Counted from the stretch's first letter, positions 22,282-32,000 are shown. The stretch is DNA of 32,000 nucleotides from Mucisphaera calidilacus (GCF_007748075.1 NZ_CP036280.1:600001-632000); one strand, 5' to 3'. A program made the numbers and translations. The notes: generated by a model not told the origin, from the letters alone.

Positions 22282-24953
22282 GCCTGTCTGGCCTGTTCGG
22301 AGAGTTGTCGGAGTGTGTCGAAAGCCTGGAGGGGCGTCATGGTGTCCATGTTGAGGTTACGCAGGGCGTCGACGGCGGGGTGGTCGAGGACGCGTGAAAA
22401 GAGGGGCATCTCGGTTTCGGCGTGCGGGGTGGTGTCGGGTTTGGCGACGCTGGCGATGTCCTGGGCGGCGTGCTGGTCGGCGAGGGCGTTGAGGAGTTGG
22501 TTGGCTCGTTGGACGACCTGCGGGGGCATGCCGGCGAGTTTGGCGACGTGGATGCCGTAGGAGCGGTCGGTGGTTCCGGGCTCGATGCGGTGGAGGAAGA
22601 CGACCTGGTCGTTCCACTCGCGGACGCGGACGTGGAGGTTGAGGACGTTGTCGGGGAGCTGGTCGGCGAGGTCGGTGAGTTCGTGGTAGTGGGTGGCCAT
22701 GAGGACGCGTGGCGGTTCGGGACGTGTGGCGAAGTGTTCGGCGATGGCCCATGCGAGCGAGAGTCCGTCGAGGGTGGAGGTTCCGCGTCCGATCTCGTCG
22801 AGGATGATGAGTGATTGTCCGGTGGCGTGGTGGCACATGCGTGCGGTCTCGGCCATCTCGACCATGAAGGTGGACTGTCCGGTGTGGAGTTCGTCGGAGG
22901 CGCCGATGCGTGTGAAGATTCGGTCGGTGCGTCCGATGCGTGCGGCCTTGGCGGGGACGAAGGACCCGGCGTGTGCGAGGAGGGTGATGAGGGCGGCCTG
23001 TCGGATGAAGGTGGACTTGCCGGCCATGTTGGGTCCGGTGATGAGTGCGAGGGCGGGTTGCTGGCTGCCGCCGAGGGAGGTGTTGTTGGGGACGAAGTTA
23101 TCGCGGAGGATCTGGTCGAGGACGGGGTGTCGTCCGTCGGTGATGTCGAGGGTGGCGTCGTCGGTGAGTTGGGGCCGGACGTATCGGTGCCGGGTGGCGG
23201 TGCGTGTGAAGCAGAGGAGGGTGTCGAGTTCGGCGACGGCGTCGGCGAAGGCGCGGAGGGCGGGTGCGGCGGTGATGATTTCGGTGCAGAGCTGGTCGAA
23301 GAGTTGTTTCTCGCGTTCGACGGCGCGGGACTCGGCGTGGAGGACCTTGTTCTCGTATTCCTTGAGCTGCGGCGTGATGAATCGTTCGGCGTTCTTGAGG
23401 GTTTGTTTGCGTGTCCAGTCGTCGGGTGCTTTGTCGCGGTGGGCGGCGGTGAGTTCGATGTAGTAGCCGAAGACCTTGTTGAACCCGACCTTGAGGGAGG
23501 GGACGCCGATCTGCTCGACGAGCTGTTTCTGGTAGCGGGCGAGCCATGCCTGGGAGTCGCGTTGGAGGGATCTTGCCTCGTCGAGTTCGGGGTCGATGGT
23601 GTCGCGGATGAGTCCGCCCTCGCGGAGGTGGGGTGGCGGTTCTTCGACGCATCGTTCGGTGATGATGGCGGCGGCGTGGTTGAGGGCGTCGGCGTGCCGG
23701 GTGATCTGGTCGGCGAGGGGCTCAAGGGCGTGCTGGTCGGTGAGGTTGTCGTTGATGGCTTGAGCCTGTGCGGTGCTGTTGCCGAGGGCGACGACGTCGC
23801 GGGGAGAGGCTCGGCCGAGGGTGAGTCGTGCGAGGATGCGTTCGACGTCCTGGACGTCGGCGAGGTTTTCGCGGAGGGCGTCGACGAGGCGCGGGGTTTG
23901 TGTGAGGGCTTCGACGGCGGCGTGCCGTGTTTCGATGGTGTTCTTGTCGCGGAGGGGGTAGCAGAGCCATCGCCGGAGTGTGCGTCGGCCGAGTGCGGTG
24001 TCGGGTCGTTCGAAGACGGAGAGGAGCGAGCCGTCTTCGGATTCGGATCGTGTGGTGCGGACGATCTCGAGGGACCGGAGCGCGGCCTCGTCGAGGACGA
24101 GGTGGTTTTCGCGTGGGAAGCGTTTGGGTGGCTGGAGGTGTGCGAGGGAGGCGGGCGTGTCGGCGCCCATCTGCTGGGTTTCGTGGAGGTAGTGGAGGAT
24201 GGCGCCGGCGGGGATGATCTCGGGGTCGTCGTCGCGGAGTCCGAAGCCGGTGAGGGCGTGGACGCTGTAGTGCTTGCGGATGAGTTCGAGGGTTTCGGTT
24301 CGGTGGAACTGCCAGCCGGGTCGTCCGGTGGCGGTGAGGTTGAGTCGTTGGAGGAGGTTTTGGGCGCGGGGCGGTGTTTCGTTGGTGGCGGTCTGGCTGT
24401 AGATGAGTTCGGAGGGGTCGAGTCGTGAGAGTTCGTCGGCGACCTCGTTTTCGTGGAGTTCGGAGACCCAGAAGGCACCGGTGGAGAGCTCGGCCCATGC
24501 GATGGCGACGCGTTGGTTGTCGAGGAAGGCGACGGCGGCGAGGGGGTTGTCTTTGCTGTCGTCGAGGAGGGAGGATTCGGTGAGGGTGCCGGGTGTGACG
24601 ACGCGGGTGACGTCGCGTTTGACGACGCCTTTGGCTTGGGCGGGGTCTTCGACCTGGTCGCAGACGGCGACGCGGTACCCGGCCTGGATCATGCGTCGGA
24701 GGTAGCCGTCGACGGCGTGGTAGGGCACGCCGGCCATGTCGATGCCCTTGGTGCGTTGGGTGAGGGTGACGCCCAGGACCTTGTGTGCGAGGCGAGCGTC
24801 GTCGTAGAAGAGCTCGTAGAAGTCGCCCATGCGGAAGAAGAGGACGCAGTCGGGGTGTCGTTGTTTGAAGGTGTGGAACTGGCGCATGGCGGGGGTCTGG
24901 TGCTGCGCGCCATCGGGGATGTGGGTTGCGGGTGTTGCGGTCTTCTCCGGCAT
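22278..24953 (-). CDS. mutS: DNA mismatch repair protein MutS
   Basis: 891 aa. The N-terminal mismatch-binding region is TPAMRQFHTFKQRHPDCVLFFRMGDFYELFYDDA. Walker A is GPNMAGKSTFIRQ. ILDEIGRGTSTLDG is also present. Confidence 0.95.
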   Translation of the reverse strand: MPEKTATPATHIPDGAQHQTPAMRQFHTFKQRHPDCVLFFRMGDFYELFYDDARLAHKVLGVTLTQRTKGIDMAGVPYHAVDGYLRRMIQAGYRVAVCDQVEDPAQAKGVVKRDVTRVVTPGTLTESSLLDDSKDNPLAAVAFLDNQRVAIAWAELSTGAFWVSELHENEVADELSRLDPSELIYSQTATNETPPRAQNLLQRLNLTATGRPGWQFHRTETLELIRKHYSVHALTGFGLRDDDPEIIPAGAILHYLHETQQMGADTPASLAHLQPPKRFPRENHLVLDEAALRSLEIVRTTRSESEDGSLLSVFERPDTALGRRTLRRWLCYPLRDKNTIETRHAAVEALTQTPRLVDALRENLADVQDVERILARLTLGRASPRDVVALGNSTAQAQAINDNLTDQHALEPLADQITRHADALNHAAAIITERCVEEPPPHLREGGLIRDTIDPELDEARSLQRDSQAWLARYQKQLVEQIGVPSLKVGFNKVFGYYIELTAAHRDKAPDDWTRKQTLKNAERFITPQLKEYENKVLHAESRAVEREKQLFDQLCTEIITAAPALRAFADAVAELDTLLCFTRTATRHRYVRPQLTDDATLDITDGRHPVLDQILRDNFVPNNTSLGGSQQPALALITGPNMAGKSTFIRQAALITLLAHAGSFVPAKAARIGRTDRIFTRIGASDELHTGQSTFMVEMAETARMCHHATGQSLIILDEIGRGTSTLDGLSLAWAIAEHFATRPEPPRVLMATHYHELTDLADQLPDNVLNLHVRVREWNDQVVFLHRIEPGTTDRSYGIHVAKLAGMPPQVVQRANQLLNALADQHAAQDIASVAKPDTTPHAETEMPLFSRVLDHPAVDALRNLNMDTMTPLQAFDTLRQLSEQARQA

Positions 24954-24988
24954 TGGGTCACTTTAGCGGATGGCGGTAGACTCGCGGG

Positions 24989-27304
24989 GTGAGCAAGTCG
25001 CTGTTCGGACAGGATGAATCGGGTCGGTCTGCCGAGGGCGGCGGGTCGTATGTGCGTGTAGCGATCGAGCAGGGCGTGGACGTGACGGCGGACGGTCTGA
25101 CGTACGCTGTGCCTGAGGGGATGTCGGTGGGTGTGGGGCAGCGTGTGCGTGTGCCTCTGGGGCGTGGGAATGCGCGGGCGGCGGGCGTGGTGCTTGCGTG
25201 CACGTCGGAGGCGGGTGATCTGGATCCGGCGAAGATCAAGCCGATTCTTGAGGTGGACGTGTCGGCGCCGGCGTTGCCCGGGGATCTGATTGAGCTGGCG
25301 CGATGGATTGCGCGGTATTACGTGTGTCCGCTGGGGATGGTGTTCGGTTCGATCACGCCGAGCGCGGTGTCGAAGGGTGTGGGTTCGACGACGCGTGTGG
25401 AGGTGCGTCTGGCGGGTGAGGTTTCCGGGAAGCTGCCTCGGGTTCAGCGTGCGCTGGTGGAGGCGGCGGGGGCGGACGGGGGCTGGGTGGAGCGGCGTGT
25501 GCTGGCGGAGCGTGCGGGTGCGAAGACGCTGGGGCCGGTGGCGAAGCTGGTGGAGGCGGGGGTGTTTGAGGTGCGTCGGGTGGACGCGATTGTTGCGGAC
25601 CCGGTCGCGGTGGCGGAGGCGGCGTCGACGGAGCGTCTGGTGCTGACGGATGAGCAGAGGTTGGCGTTGGAGCGTCTGATCGCGATGGGGGAGGGGGGTT
25701 TTGGTGTGGGTTTGCTGCACGGGGTGACGGGTTCGGGCAAGACGGAGGTGTATCTGCGTCTGATCGAGCATCTGCGGGGTCAGGACCCGGGCGCGGGGGT
25801 GATTGTGCTGGTGCCTGAGATCGCGTTGACGCCTCAGACGGTGGGTCGTTTTCAGGCGCGTTTTTCGGATGTGGCGGTGCTGCATTCGGGTTTGACTCAG
25901 GCGCAGCGGAACGCGCAGTGGCATCGCGTGCGGAGCGGTGAGGCGACGGTGGTGGTGGGTGCGCGGTCGGCGGTGTTTGCGCCGCTGGCGCGGTTGGGGC
26001 TGGTGATCGTGGACGAGGAGCATGACGGGAGTTACAAGCAGGATCAGCTGCCGCGGTATCACGCACGGGATGTTGCGGTGCGTCGTGCGCACATGGCGGG
26101 CGCGCTGGTGGTGCTGGGGTCGGCGACGCCCAGTCTGGAGTCGTTGCACAACGCGCGGGTGCGTCCGAGTTACGAGCGTTTGCGATTGACGGAGCGTCCG
26201 GCGGGGATGCGGATGCCGAGGTGCGAGGTGGTGGATCTGATCGAGGAGCGTCGGAGTCGGCGAGGGATTCACCTGATCAGCCAGCGTCTGGAGACGGAGC
26301 TGAGGCTGCTGATTGAGGGCGCGGGTGGGGTGCGGGGGCAGGCGATTCTGTTGTTGAACCGGCGTGGGTATGCGAGTCACATCGCGTGTCCGGATCATGG
26401 TTGCGGGTGGGTGAAGACGTGTGATCATTGTGATGCGACGCTGGTGTTTCACCGTCAGGATGCGTTGCCACGCGGGGGTGTGGCGCGTTGTCATCACTGC
26501 GGGGCGGAGCAGCTGGTGCCTGAGACGTGCCCGGACTGCGGCAAGCGTGTGACGCTGTTCGGTTGGGGGACGCAGCGTGTGGAGGACGAGCTGGAGCAGA
26601 AGATTCCCGGCGTGCGGATGATCCGGATGGACTCGGACACGATGCGTGCGCACGGTGATTACGTGGCGGCGTTGGAGCGTTTTGGTCGCGGGGAGGCGGA
26701 CCTGCTGCTGGGGACGCAGCTGGTGGCCAAGGGTCTGGACTTTCCCAACGTGCGGCTGGTGGGGGTGGTGTCGGCGGACACGGGTCTGCATCTGCCTGAC
26801 TTTCGTGCGGCGGAGCGGACGTTTCAGCTGATTGCGCAGGTGTCGGGGCGTGCGGGTCGTGGGGCGGAGCCGGGGCGAGTGATTGTGCAGACTCTGAACC
26901 CGGATGATCCGACGCTGGGGATGGCGATGGCGTCGGACTACGAGGGTTTTGCGGAGCGAGAGCTGGAGCTGCGGGGGAAGCTGGGGTTGCCGCCTGTGGC
27001 TCGGATGGCGCGGCTCGTGGTGCGACATCGTGATCTGGCGCAGTGTGTGCGACTGGCGACGGAACTGACTCAGGCGCTGGAGGCGACGCAGCAGCGTCTG
27101 GGTCTGGACGTTCGGATCCGGGGTCCGATGGTTCCGCCGATCGCGCGGCTGGCGGATCATCATCGTCAGCAGATCGAGGTGCTGGGTTCGGCGGACGGGT
27201 CGGCGGAGGGTTTGCAGCGTGTGATGACGGCGCTGCGGAACCAGGGGCGGTTGATATCGAACACCACGCTGGCGGTGGATGTGGATCCGGTGGCGTTGTT
27301 GTAG
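24989..27304 (+). CDS. priA: Primosomal protein N' (replication restart helicase PriA)
   Basis: Walker A is GVTGSGKTEVY and the DEAH-type box is VDEEHD. The Cys-rich zinc region is CPDHGC...CDHCD...CHHCG...CPDCG. GTG start at 24989. Confidence 0.9.
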   Translation: MSKSLFGQDESGRSAEGGGSYVRVAIEQGVDVTADGLTYAVPEGMSVGVGQRVRVPLGRGNARAAGVVLACTSEAGDLDPAKIKPILEVDVSAPALPGDLIELARWIARYYVCPLGMVFGSITPSAVSKGVGSTTRVEVRLAGEVSGKLPRVQRALVEAAGADGGWVERRVLAERAGAKTLGPVAKLVEAGVFEVRRVDAIVADPVAVAEAASTERLVLTDEQRLALERLIAMGEGGFGVGLLHGVTGSGKTEVYLRLIEHLRGQDPGAGVIVLVPEIALTPQTVGRFQARFSDVAVLHSGLTQAQRNAQWHRVRSGEATVVVGARSAVFAPLARLGLVIVDEEHDGSYKQDQLPRYHARDVAVRRAHMAGALVVLGSATPSLESLHNARVRPSYERLRLTERPAGMRMPRCEVVDLIEERRSRRGIHLISQRLETELRLLIEGAGGVRGQAILLLNRRGYASHIACPDHGCGWVKTCDHCDATLVFHRQDALPRGGVARCHHCGAEQLVPETCPDCGKRVTLFGWGTQRVEDELEQKIPGVRMIRMDSDTMRAHGDYVAALERFGRGEADLLLGTQLVAKGLDFPNVRLVGVVSADTGLHLPDFRAAERTFQLIAQVSGRAGRGAEPGRVIVQTLNPDDPTLGMAMASDYEGFAERELELRGKLGLPPVARMARLVVRHRDLAQCVRLATELTQALEATQQRLGLDVRIRGPMVPPIARLADHHRQQIEVLGSADGSAEGLQRVMTALRNQGRLISNTTLAVDVDPVALL

Positions 27305-27319
27305 GGGTTGTGCTTCGGG

Positions 27320-28111
27320 TTAGTTGTCGTCGTTGGGGTCGGCTTCGCCGAAGAGCGCGCGTCCGATGCGTATGACGTTGGCGCCTTCTTCGATGGCGAT
27401 TTCGAAGTCGTTGGACATGCCCATGGAGAGGACGGTGAAGTCGTTGCCGCCGATGCGTTCGGATCGGATGTCGTGGTAGACGGAGGCGGCTCGCGAGAAG
27501 ACGGAGCGTGTCTCGTCGCTGTTTTCGGTGAAGGGTGCCATGCACATGATGCCTCGGAGTCGGAGGTGCATCATGGTGTCGATCTGTTCGGCGACGTGGA
27601 TGGCCGCGGGGGCTGCGACGCCGTGCTTGGAGACCTCGCCTGAGACGTTGACCTGCATGAGGATGTCGATGACCTGGTCGGTGCGTGCGCCGAAGGCGTG
27701 GAGTTCTTCGGCGAGTCGGAGGCTGTCGACGCCATGGATGAGGTCGACCACGGGGACGACCTGTTTGACCTTGTTGCGTTGGAGGTGCCCGATCATGTGC
27801 CAGCGGACGCGTTCGGGGACGGGGTGGGCTTCGCCCTCGACGGCGTTGCCGAGGGACCGTCGTCTCGAGAGGTATTCTTCGAGTTGCGCGGCGCGTTGTG
27901 TGAGTTGCTGAACACGGTTTTCGCCGAGGTCGGTGTGTCCGAGGTCGACGAGGGTGCGGATCTGGTCGGGGCTGGCGTTCTTGGTGACGGCGACCATGAG
28001 AACGTCTTCGGGCCGCCGTCCGCTTCTGATGGCGGCGTTGGCGACGCGTTCGGAGACTCTTTGATAGCTCTGCCGGACTTCAGCCGGTCCGACCAGGTGC
28101 TCTGTAGACAT
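27320..28111 (-). CDS. yggS: YggS-family pyridoxal-phosphate homeostasis protein
   Basis: VAVTKN (PLP Lys), GENRVQQL, WHMIGHLQRNK and SMGMSNDFEIAIEEGAN.IRIG are present. Confidence 0.85.
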   Translation of the reverse strand: MSTEHLVGPAEVRQSYQRVSERVANAAIRSGRRPEDVLMVAVTKNASPDQIRTLVDLGHTDLGENRVQQLTQRAAQLEEYLSRRRSLGNAVEGEAHPVPERVRWHMIGHLQRNKVKQVVPVVDLIHGVDSLRLAEELHAFGARTDQVIDILMQVNVSGEVSKHGVAAPAAIHVAEQIDTMMHLRLRGIMCMAPFTENSDETRSVFSRAASVYHDIRSERIGGNDFTVLSMGMSNDFEIAIEEGANVIRIGRALFGEADPNDDN

Positions 28112-28159
28112 GTGTAAAGCGTAGACCGCGCGGGCTGGCGCTGCAAGGGGGAATCGTGA

Positions 28160-28852
28160 TCATGCGGCCTGATCGGGGCTGGCGGATGTTTTGGGGGTGT
28201 TGGGTCGTGTGGACATGCGTTGTTGCTGGAGTTGCTGCCGTCGTTCGCGGAGCTGGAGCCAGGCGCGGTGTCGTCGTCGCCAGCGGAGCGCGAGGTAGGT
28301 GCAGGTGGTGAGTGCGACGATGGCGAGGATGATCTGTCCTTCGAGGATCCAGACGCGTACCTGCTCGATCTGCTCGGCGAAGTAGAAGCTGAGCCAGAAG
28401 ACGGCGGTGGCGGAGACGGTGGCGGCGGTGGCGTCGAAGAGGATGAATTTCCAGTAGGGGACTTTGAGGGCGCCGGCGGCGAACATGACGGGTGCGCGGA
28501 CGCCTGGGATGAATCGTCCGACGAAGATGAACTTGCCGCCGTGCTGTTCGAGGTTTCGCTCGTACTTGGCGACGCGTTCGTCGGTGAGGAATCGGTTGAG
28601 GAGCGGGAGTCTGGGGACGTGGTGTCCGCAGGTTCGTCCGAGCCAGAAGAGGACGCCGTCGGCGGTCATGATGGCGGCGAAGCAGACGAGGAAGAGGGGG
28701 AGCGGCTGGGCGTAGTCGTGTCCTGCGAGGTATCCACCAATAAAGAGCGGGAGGTCTTCGGGTATGGGCAGACCGAAACCGCTGGCCAGCAGGACTGCGG
28801 CGAGGACGATGTAGGGTGCGTTCGCGGCGAGCTGTTCGAGCCAGGCTTCCAT
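28160..28852 (-). CDS. DedA/VTT-domain family membrane protein
   Basis: GLPIPEDLPLFIGGYL and HGGKFIFVGRFIPGVRAPVMFAAGALKVPYWKF are signature DedA motifs. Confidence 0.85.
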   Translation of the reverse strand: MEAWLEQLAANAPYIVLAAVLLASGFGLPIPEDLPLFIGGYLAGHDYAQPLPLFLVCFAAIMTADGVLFWLGRTCGHHVPRLPLLNRFLTDERVAKYERNLEQHGGKFIFVGRFIPGVRAPVMFAAGALKVPYWKFILFDATAATVSATAVFWLSFYFAEQIEQVRVWILEGQIILAIVALTTCTYLALRWRRRHRAWLQLRERRQQLQQQRMSTRPNTPKTSASPDQAA

Positions 28853-28924
28853 AGGCGGGACTAACAGTTTACCGATGGCCGGGGTGTCGGCTAACGAATC
28901 TTCCTGGGTGTTTTAGGGAAGTCG

Positions 28925-30214
28925 TCAGGCGGGGTCCTGGGCGGTGCTGACGTGTGCCTGTATCCATGCCTGCGCGGTGGCGTGGTCGTGGATACGGCCT
29001 TCGAGCTGCTCATCGTAAGCGATTTCGAGGAGTTTTCCGACCTCGGGCCCGGGTCTCATGCCGGCTTCGAGGATGTCTTCGCCTCGGACAAGCGGTTCGG
29101 GAGCGACGCCCTGGGCGGTGAGGGTTGGCAGGTCGTCGGCGATGGGCTGTGTGGCGGCGGTGTCGTCGATGGCGTTGAGGAGGGTCCAGGTGTGCGGCCA
29201 GGCTTTTTCGGCGAGGAGTCGCTTGCGTTGGGCGATGCGTAGATTGCCCCATTGTGCGGCTCTGGGGACGAGTTTGAGGGTGGCTCGGAGCGTGGTTTCG
29301 AGGGTGTTGCTGAGGCAGAGTGCCTTGCGCCAGCGGTCGGCGACGTCATCGGCGTGGCGTTCGCAGAGGGGGGCGATGGCGTCGAGTTGCATGGGGATGC
29401 GTTGTCGTGTGAGCCACCACGCGGCGAGGGTGACGGGGGGTTGGGGGTTGTGGGGGAGGTTGTTGAGCGGGGCGGTGGTCTGGGCGGGTTCAAGGTGGTC
29501 TTCGTTGAGGACGGGTCCGTCGAGTCGGAGTTCTTCGAGGAGGGTGACGGCGTGGGCGCGTCGGGGGTGTGCGAGCATGGCGAGGACTTCGCTGCCGATG
29601 CGTTCGCGGCTGATCTGGCCGAGGTATTTGGCGAGTGAGCGGACGGAGGCCGCGGTGCGTGGTTCGAGGTGGAAGTCGAGTCGCGCGGTGAAGCGGACGG
29701 CGCGGAGCATGCGGAGGTAGTCTTCGCCGAAGCGTTCGTCGGGTTCGCCGATGGCTCGGAGGCATTGGTTGTTGAGGTCGTCGATGCCGCCGACGTAGTC
29801 GATGACGCGGTCGTGGTTGGTTTCGGGGTCGATTGTGAGGGGGTCGGCGAAGAGTCCGTTGACGGTGAAGTCGCGGCGTTGTGCGTCTTCCCGGGCGTTG
29901 GTGAAGACGACGCGGTCGGGTCGTCGTCGGTCGGAGTAGCCTTCTTCGCGTCGGAAGGTGGCGACTTCGATGGCGTGTCCGCCGAGCCGGACGAGGGCGA
30001 CGCCGAAGGCGGCACCGACCATCTGGCATCGAGGGAAGAGTTTCTGGACGGTTTTGGGCTGTGCGTCGGTGGCGATGTCGTAGTCGAGAGGCTGGATGCC
30101 CAGGAGCTGGTCGCGGACGCATCCGCCGGCGAAGTAGGCGGTATGTCCGGCGTCGCGGAGAATCTGGATGATCCGCACGGCGGCCTGTCGTTCTGTCGTT
30201 TCAGGCTGAGCCAT
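28925..30214 (-). CDS. Class II tRNA nucleotidyltransferase (CCA-adding enzyme / poly(A) polymerase family)
   Basis: YFAGGCVRDQLLG, DYDIAT, EVATFR and RRDFTVNGL are present. The ATG at 30214 (MAQPETTERQ) is preferred over the upstream extension. Confidence 0.8.
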   Translation of the reverse strand: MAQPETTERQAAVRIIQILRDAGHTAYFAGGCVRDQLLGIQPLDYDIATDAQPKTVQKLFPRCQMVGAAFGVALVRLGGHAIEVATFRREEGYSDRRRPDRVVFTNAREDAQRRDFTVNGLFADPLTIDPETNHDRVIDYVGGIDDLNNQCLRAIGEPDERFGEDYLRMLRAVRFTARLDFHLEPRTAASVRSLAKYLGQISRERIGSEVLAMLAHPRRAHAVTLLEELRLDGPVLNEDHLEPAQTTAPLNNLPHNPQPPVTLAAWWLTRQRIPMQLDAIAPLCERHADDVADRWRKALCLSNTLETTLRATLKLVPRAAQWGNLRIAQRKRLLAEKAWPHTWTLLNAIDDTAATQPIADDLPTLTAQGVAPEPLVRGEDILEAGMRPGPEVGKLLEIAYDEQLEGRIHDHATAQAWIQAHVSTAQDPA

Positions 30215-30281
30215 TTGGGGCAGTGTAGAGCAGCGGGGTTCGGTTGTTCCGTGGGCTGGGCGGCTCTGGTAATCTGGGGCG

Positions 30282-30512
30282 ATGATGCGAACGATGCGTT
30301 GTGTGCTGAGTGTGCTGCTTGTGGGGGTTGTTGTGTTGGGGAGTGGGTGCAAGTACTCGAAGAACCAGCTGTTTCCGCCTCATACGCCTCGGTCGCCTTA
30401 CGAGCGTTATCTGGCTTTGCGGGATCGTGAGCGTACGGCGACGTACAAGGATGCTTACGGCCGGGATCAGCCGAATCTTCGTGAGCGTTTGCGTCCTCTG
30501 GACACGCCCTGA
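30282..30512 (+). CDS. Small putative lipoprotein (76 aa)
   Basis: Signal peptide with lipobox VLLVGVVVLGSGC. Codon bias fits the local strand bias. No homology recognised. Confidence 0.45.
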   Translation: MMRTMRCVLSVLLVGVVVLGSGCKYSKNQLFPPHTPRSPYERYLALRDRERTATYKDAYGRDQPNLRERLRPLDTP

Positions 30513-30635
30513 TGGTGAAGGATTCGGGAAAAACGGTTGATCTGGCGAAGTTTTGATGACACTGCCGGCTATCGACGATACAACTAGAGATAAGTCTTTA
30601 AGGCGTTGGCGTTAAGGGCCGATAACCGTCTTTGG

Positions 30636-31289
30636 ATGAATCAGAAGGAGCCACTCCGCACGATGCCGGACCAGCGGACGATCACGATACTTGGTGTGCT
30701 GCTGGTGGCGATGACGCTCACGAGCAGTCTGCTGCTGGTGCTGGAGCCGTCGCCTGTGGCGCCGGTGCAGCCTGTGGCGATGAAGCTGCAGAGTGACCGT
30801 GCGGGGGATTCGCTGGACGAGCCGCTGCTGGATGTGGCGGAGCCGGCGGCGTGGCAGGCGATCATCATCCATGACTCATCGCGTCTGCGTGGGGGTGCTG
30901 CGTCGTTGAACGAGGCGCACGAGCGTGACGGTCGTGGGGGTCTGGGTTATCACTTTGTGGTGGGTAACGGGACGGAGACGGGTGACGGCGAGATCGAGGC
31001 GGGTTTCCGCTGGCGTCTTCAGGCACAGGGTCGATTCCTGGCTGGCGAGGAGGCGAGTCGCTGGCACCGGGTGGCGATCGGGATCGTGGTGGTCGGGGAC
31101 GCGGACGAGCGTGCGATGACCCCCGTTCAGCGTGAGTCGTTATTGAGGCTGGTTTCGTCGATTCAGGAGCGATTCGGGATCCGCAGCGACCAGGTTCATG
31201 CCCACTTCGGTGATGACGGGAGCGGGGGAAAAGAGCTGTTTTCGCTGAGTGAGTTCCGGGCTGAGTTGGCGTCGGTTTCTGTCGATTAA
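30636..31289 (+). CDS. N-acetylmuramoyl-L-alanine amidase (Amidase_2/PGRP-domain) protein with N-terminal membrane anchor
   Basis: TM helix ITILGVLLVAMTLTSSLLLVL, plus WQAIIIHDS, GYHFVVGNG and IGIVVVGD motifs. The start is ambiguous (ATG at 30636 or 30663; TTG at 30606). Confidence 0.7.
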   Translation: MNQKEPLRTMPDQRTITILGVLLVAMTLTSSLLLVLEPSPVAPVQPVAMKLQSDRAGDSLDEPLLDVAEPAAWQAIIIHDSSRLRGGAASLNEAHERDGRGGLGYHFVVGNGTETGDGEIEAGFRWRLQAQGRFLAGEEASRWHRVAIGIVVVGDADERAMTPVQRESLLRLVSSIQERFGIRSDQVHAHFGDDGSGGKELFSLSEFRAELASVSVD

Positions 31290-31311
31290 GCGGTTTTTTC
31301 GCTTGGAATCG
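31283..31311 (+). terminator. Weak hairpin overlapping the amidase stop codon
   Basis: CGATTAAGCG-gtttttt-CGCTT(gg)AATCG. There is no downstream T-run, so this is weak. Confidence 0.25.
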
Positions 31312-31498
31312 CGCAGAAAAGGGGGATTTAAAGCGTTCAGTGGGGAGTTAGTGCAAGGGTAAGGCGGTCCTGCCGACAGTTGTGGTGGTCTGTACGTGTC
31401 GTTAAGTTGGGTTTATACGTTTATGGATTGTTCCGACAACCTGGTATGAGGCGACAGGTCCGGCATTGGTGGTCTGATGCGGGTCTGCACCCTGAAGT

Positions 31499-32000
31499 AT
31501 GGGCGACTGGCACGAAATCTCGGGATATCAGATTCTTGGCACGCTCGGAAAGGGTGCCAAGAGCACGATTTATGAAGTTCGGGGTCAGGATGGGAAGCGT
31601 TATGCGCTCAAGCACGTGATCAAGGATTCGCCGAGTGATCAGCGTTTCATTGATCAGGCGGTGAGCGAGTATGAGCTGGCTCGCAAGTTCGACAGCCCGT
31701 ATCTGCGCAAGGGGATCAAGCTGATCCGGGTGCGGAAGGTGATCCGGACGAGCGAGGTGGTGGTGATCATGGAGCTGATCGAGGGTTTACCCCTAGAGCA
31801 GTATCAGCCGGGGAACATGCTGGAGCTGATTGAGATCATCGCGCATTCGGCGAGTGGTCTTCATGCGATGCACAACGTGGGCTATGTGCACGCGGACATG
31901 AAGCCGAACAACATCATGGTGACGCCTGCGCGTGAGGTGAAGCTGATTGATTTTGGTCAGAGCTGTCCGGTGGGGACGATCAAGGAGCGGATCCAGGGGA
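31499..32000 (+). CDS. Serine/threonine protein kinase (Hanks type), N-terminal part; 3' end lies outside the window
   Basis: It is open to the window end and is absent from the ORF track because it has no stop. Motifs: YQILGTLGKGAKSTIYEV (G-loop), YALKHV (catalytic Lys), HADMKPNN, LIDFG. Confidence 0.8.
   Translation, partial: MGDWHEISGYQILGTLGKGAKSTIYEVRGQDGKRYALKHVIKDSPSDQRFIDQAVSEYELARKFDSPYLRKGIKLIRVRKVIRTSEVVVIMELIEGLPLEQYQPGNMLELIEIIAHSASGLHAMHNVGYVHADMKPNNIMVTPAREVKLIDFGQSCPVGTIKERIQG

Noticed and set aside
22337-24478. 713-aa alternative-frame ORF inside mutS, with the 537-aa plus-strand ORF 22815..24428
   Set aside because: Their compositions are P/S/T/R-rich and G/E/V/D-rich respectively. 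They overlap a gene with unambiguous MutS motifs and show no independent coding signal.
24689-27163. 824-aa ORF on the minus strand, the longest 'extra' ORF in the track
   Set aside because: It is antisense to the well-supported priA gene. Its translation is low-complexity R/P/H/T/Q-rich with no motifs, the typical shadow ORF of high-GC DNA.

Overview
High-GC bacterial chromosome segment. The prepilin/DUF1559-type protein, PEP-CTERM proteins, a sulfatase and a Ser/Thr kinase suggest Planctomycetota or a relative; this is inference only. Most of the window is housekeeping. Left part: sulfatase (partial), rhaB-rhaI, LarA-like protein, tRNA-Cys, a frameshifted outer-membrane gene, cysK, an alpha/beta-hydrolase::Tpx fusion ORF, a pseudopilin-like protein and a PEP-CTERM protein. 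Right part: amidohydrolase, HAD hydrolase, hsp20, argC, an orphan lipoprotein, a mutS/membrane-protein/nth operon, priA, yggS, dedA, a CCA-type nucleotidyltransferase, an amidase_2 protein and a partial Ser/Thr kinase. Between about 10.56 and 16.27 kb lies an accessory island that lacks the host's strand-specific codon bias and is littered with IS debris. The island holds two diverged IS3-family fragments, a second transposase remnant and a decayed dockerin/PEP-CTERM fragment. It carries (i) a tightly coupled four-gene cassette: AbiJ-like HEPN protein, orphan 295-aa protein, 4-TM protein and a TIR-domain protein. I consider this cassette a candidate undescribed anti-phage or abortive-infection system. 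The stop codon of its TIR gene is supplied by the inverted repeat of an inserted IS3 fragment. The island also carries (ii) a lipoprotein-type subclass B1 metallo-beta-lactamase that looks strikingly VIM-like. A second large-scale signal is an extreme strand-composition asymmetry. The + strand is C/A-rich at synonymous sites left of about 17.5 kb and G/T-rich right of about 17.9 kb, regardless of gene orientation. The polarity flips inside the HAD hydrolase ORF. All family assignments come from reading motifs by eye and from memory of the families. No searches were run.
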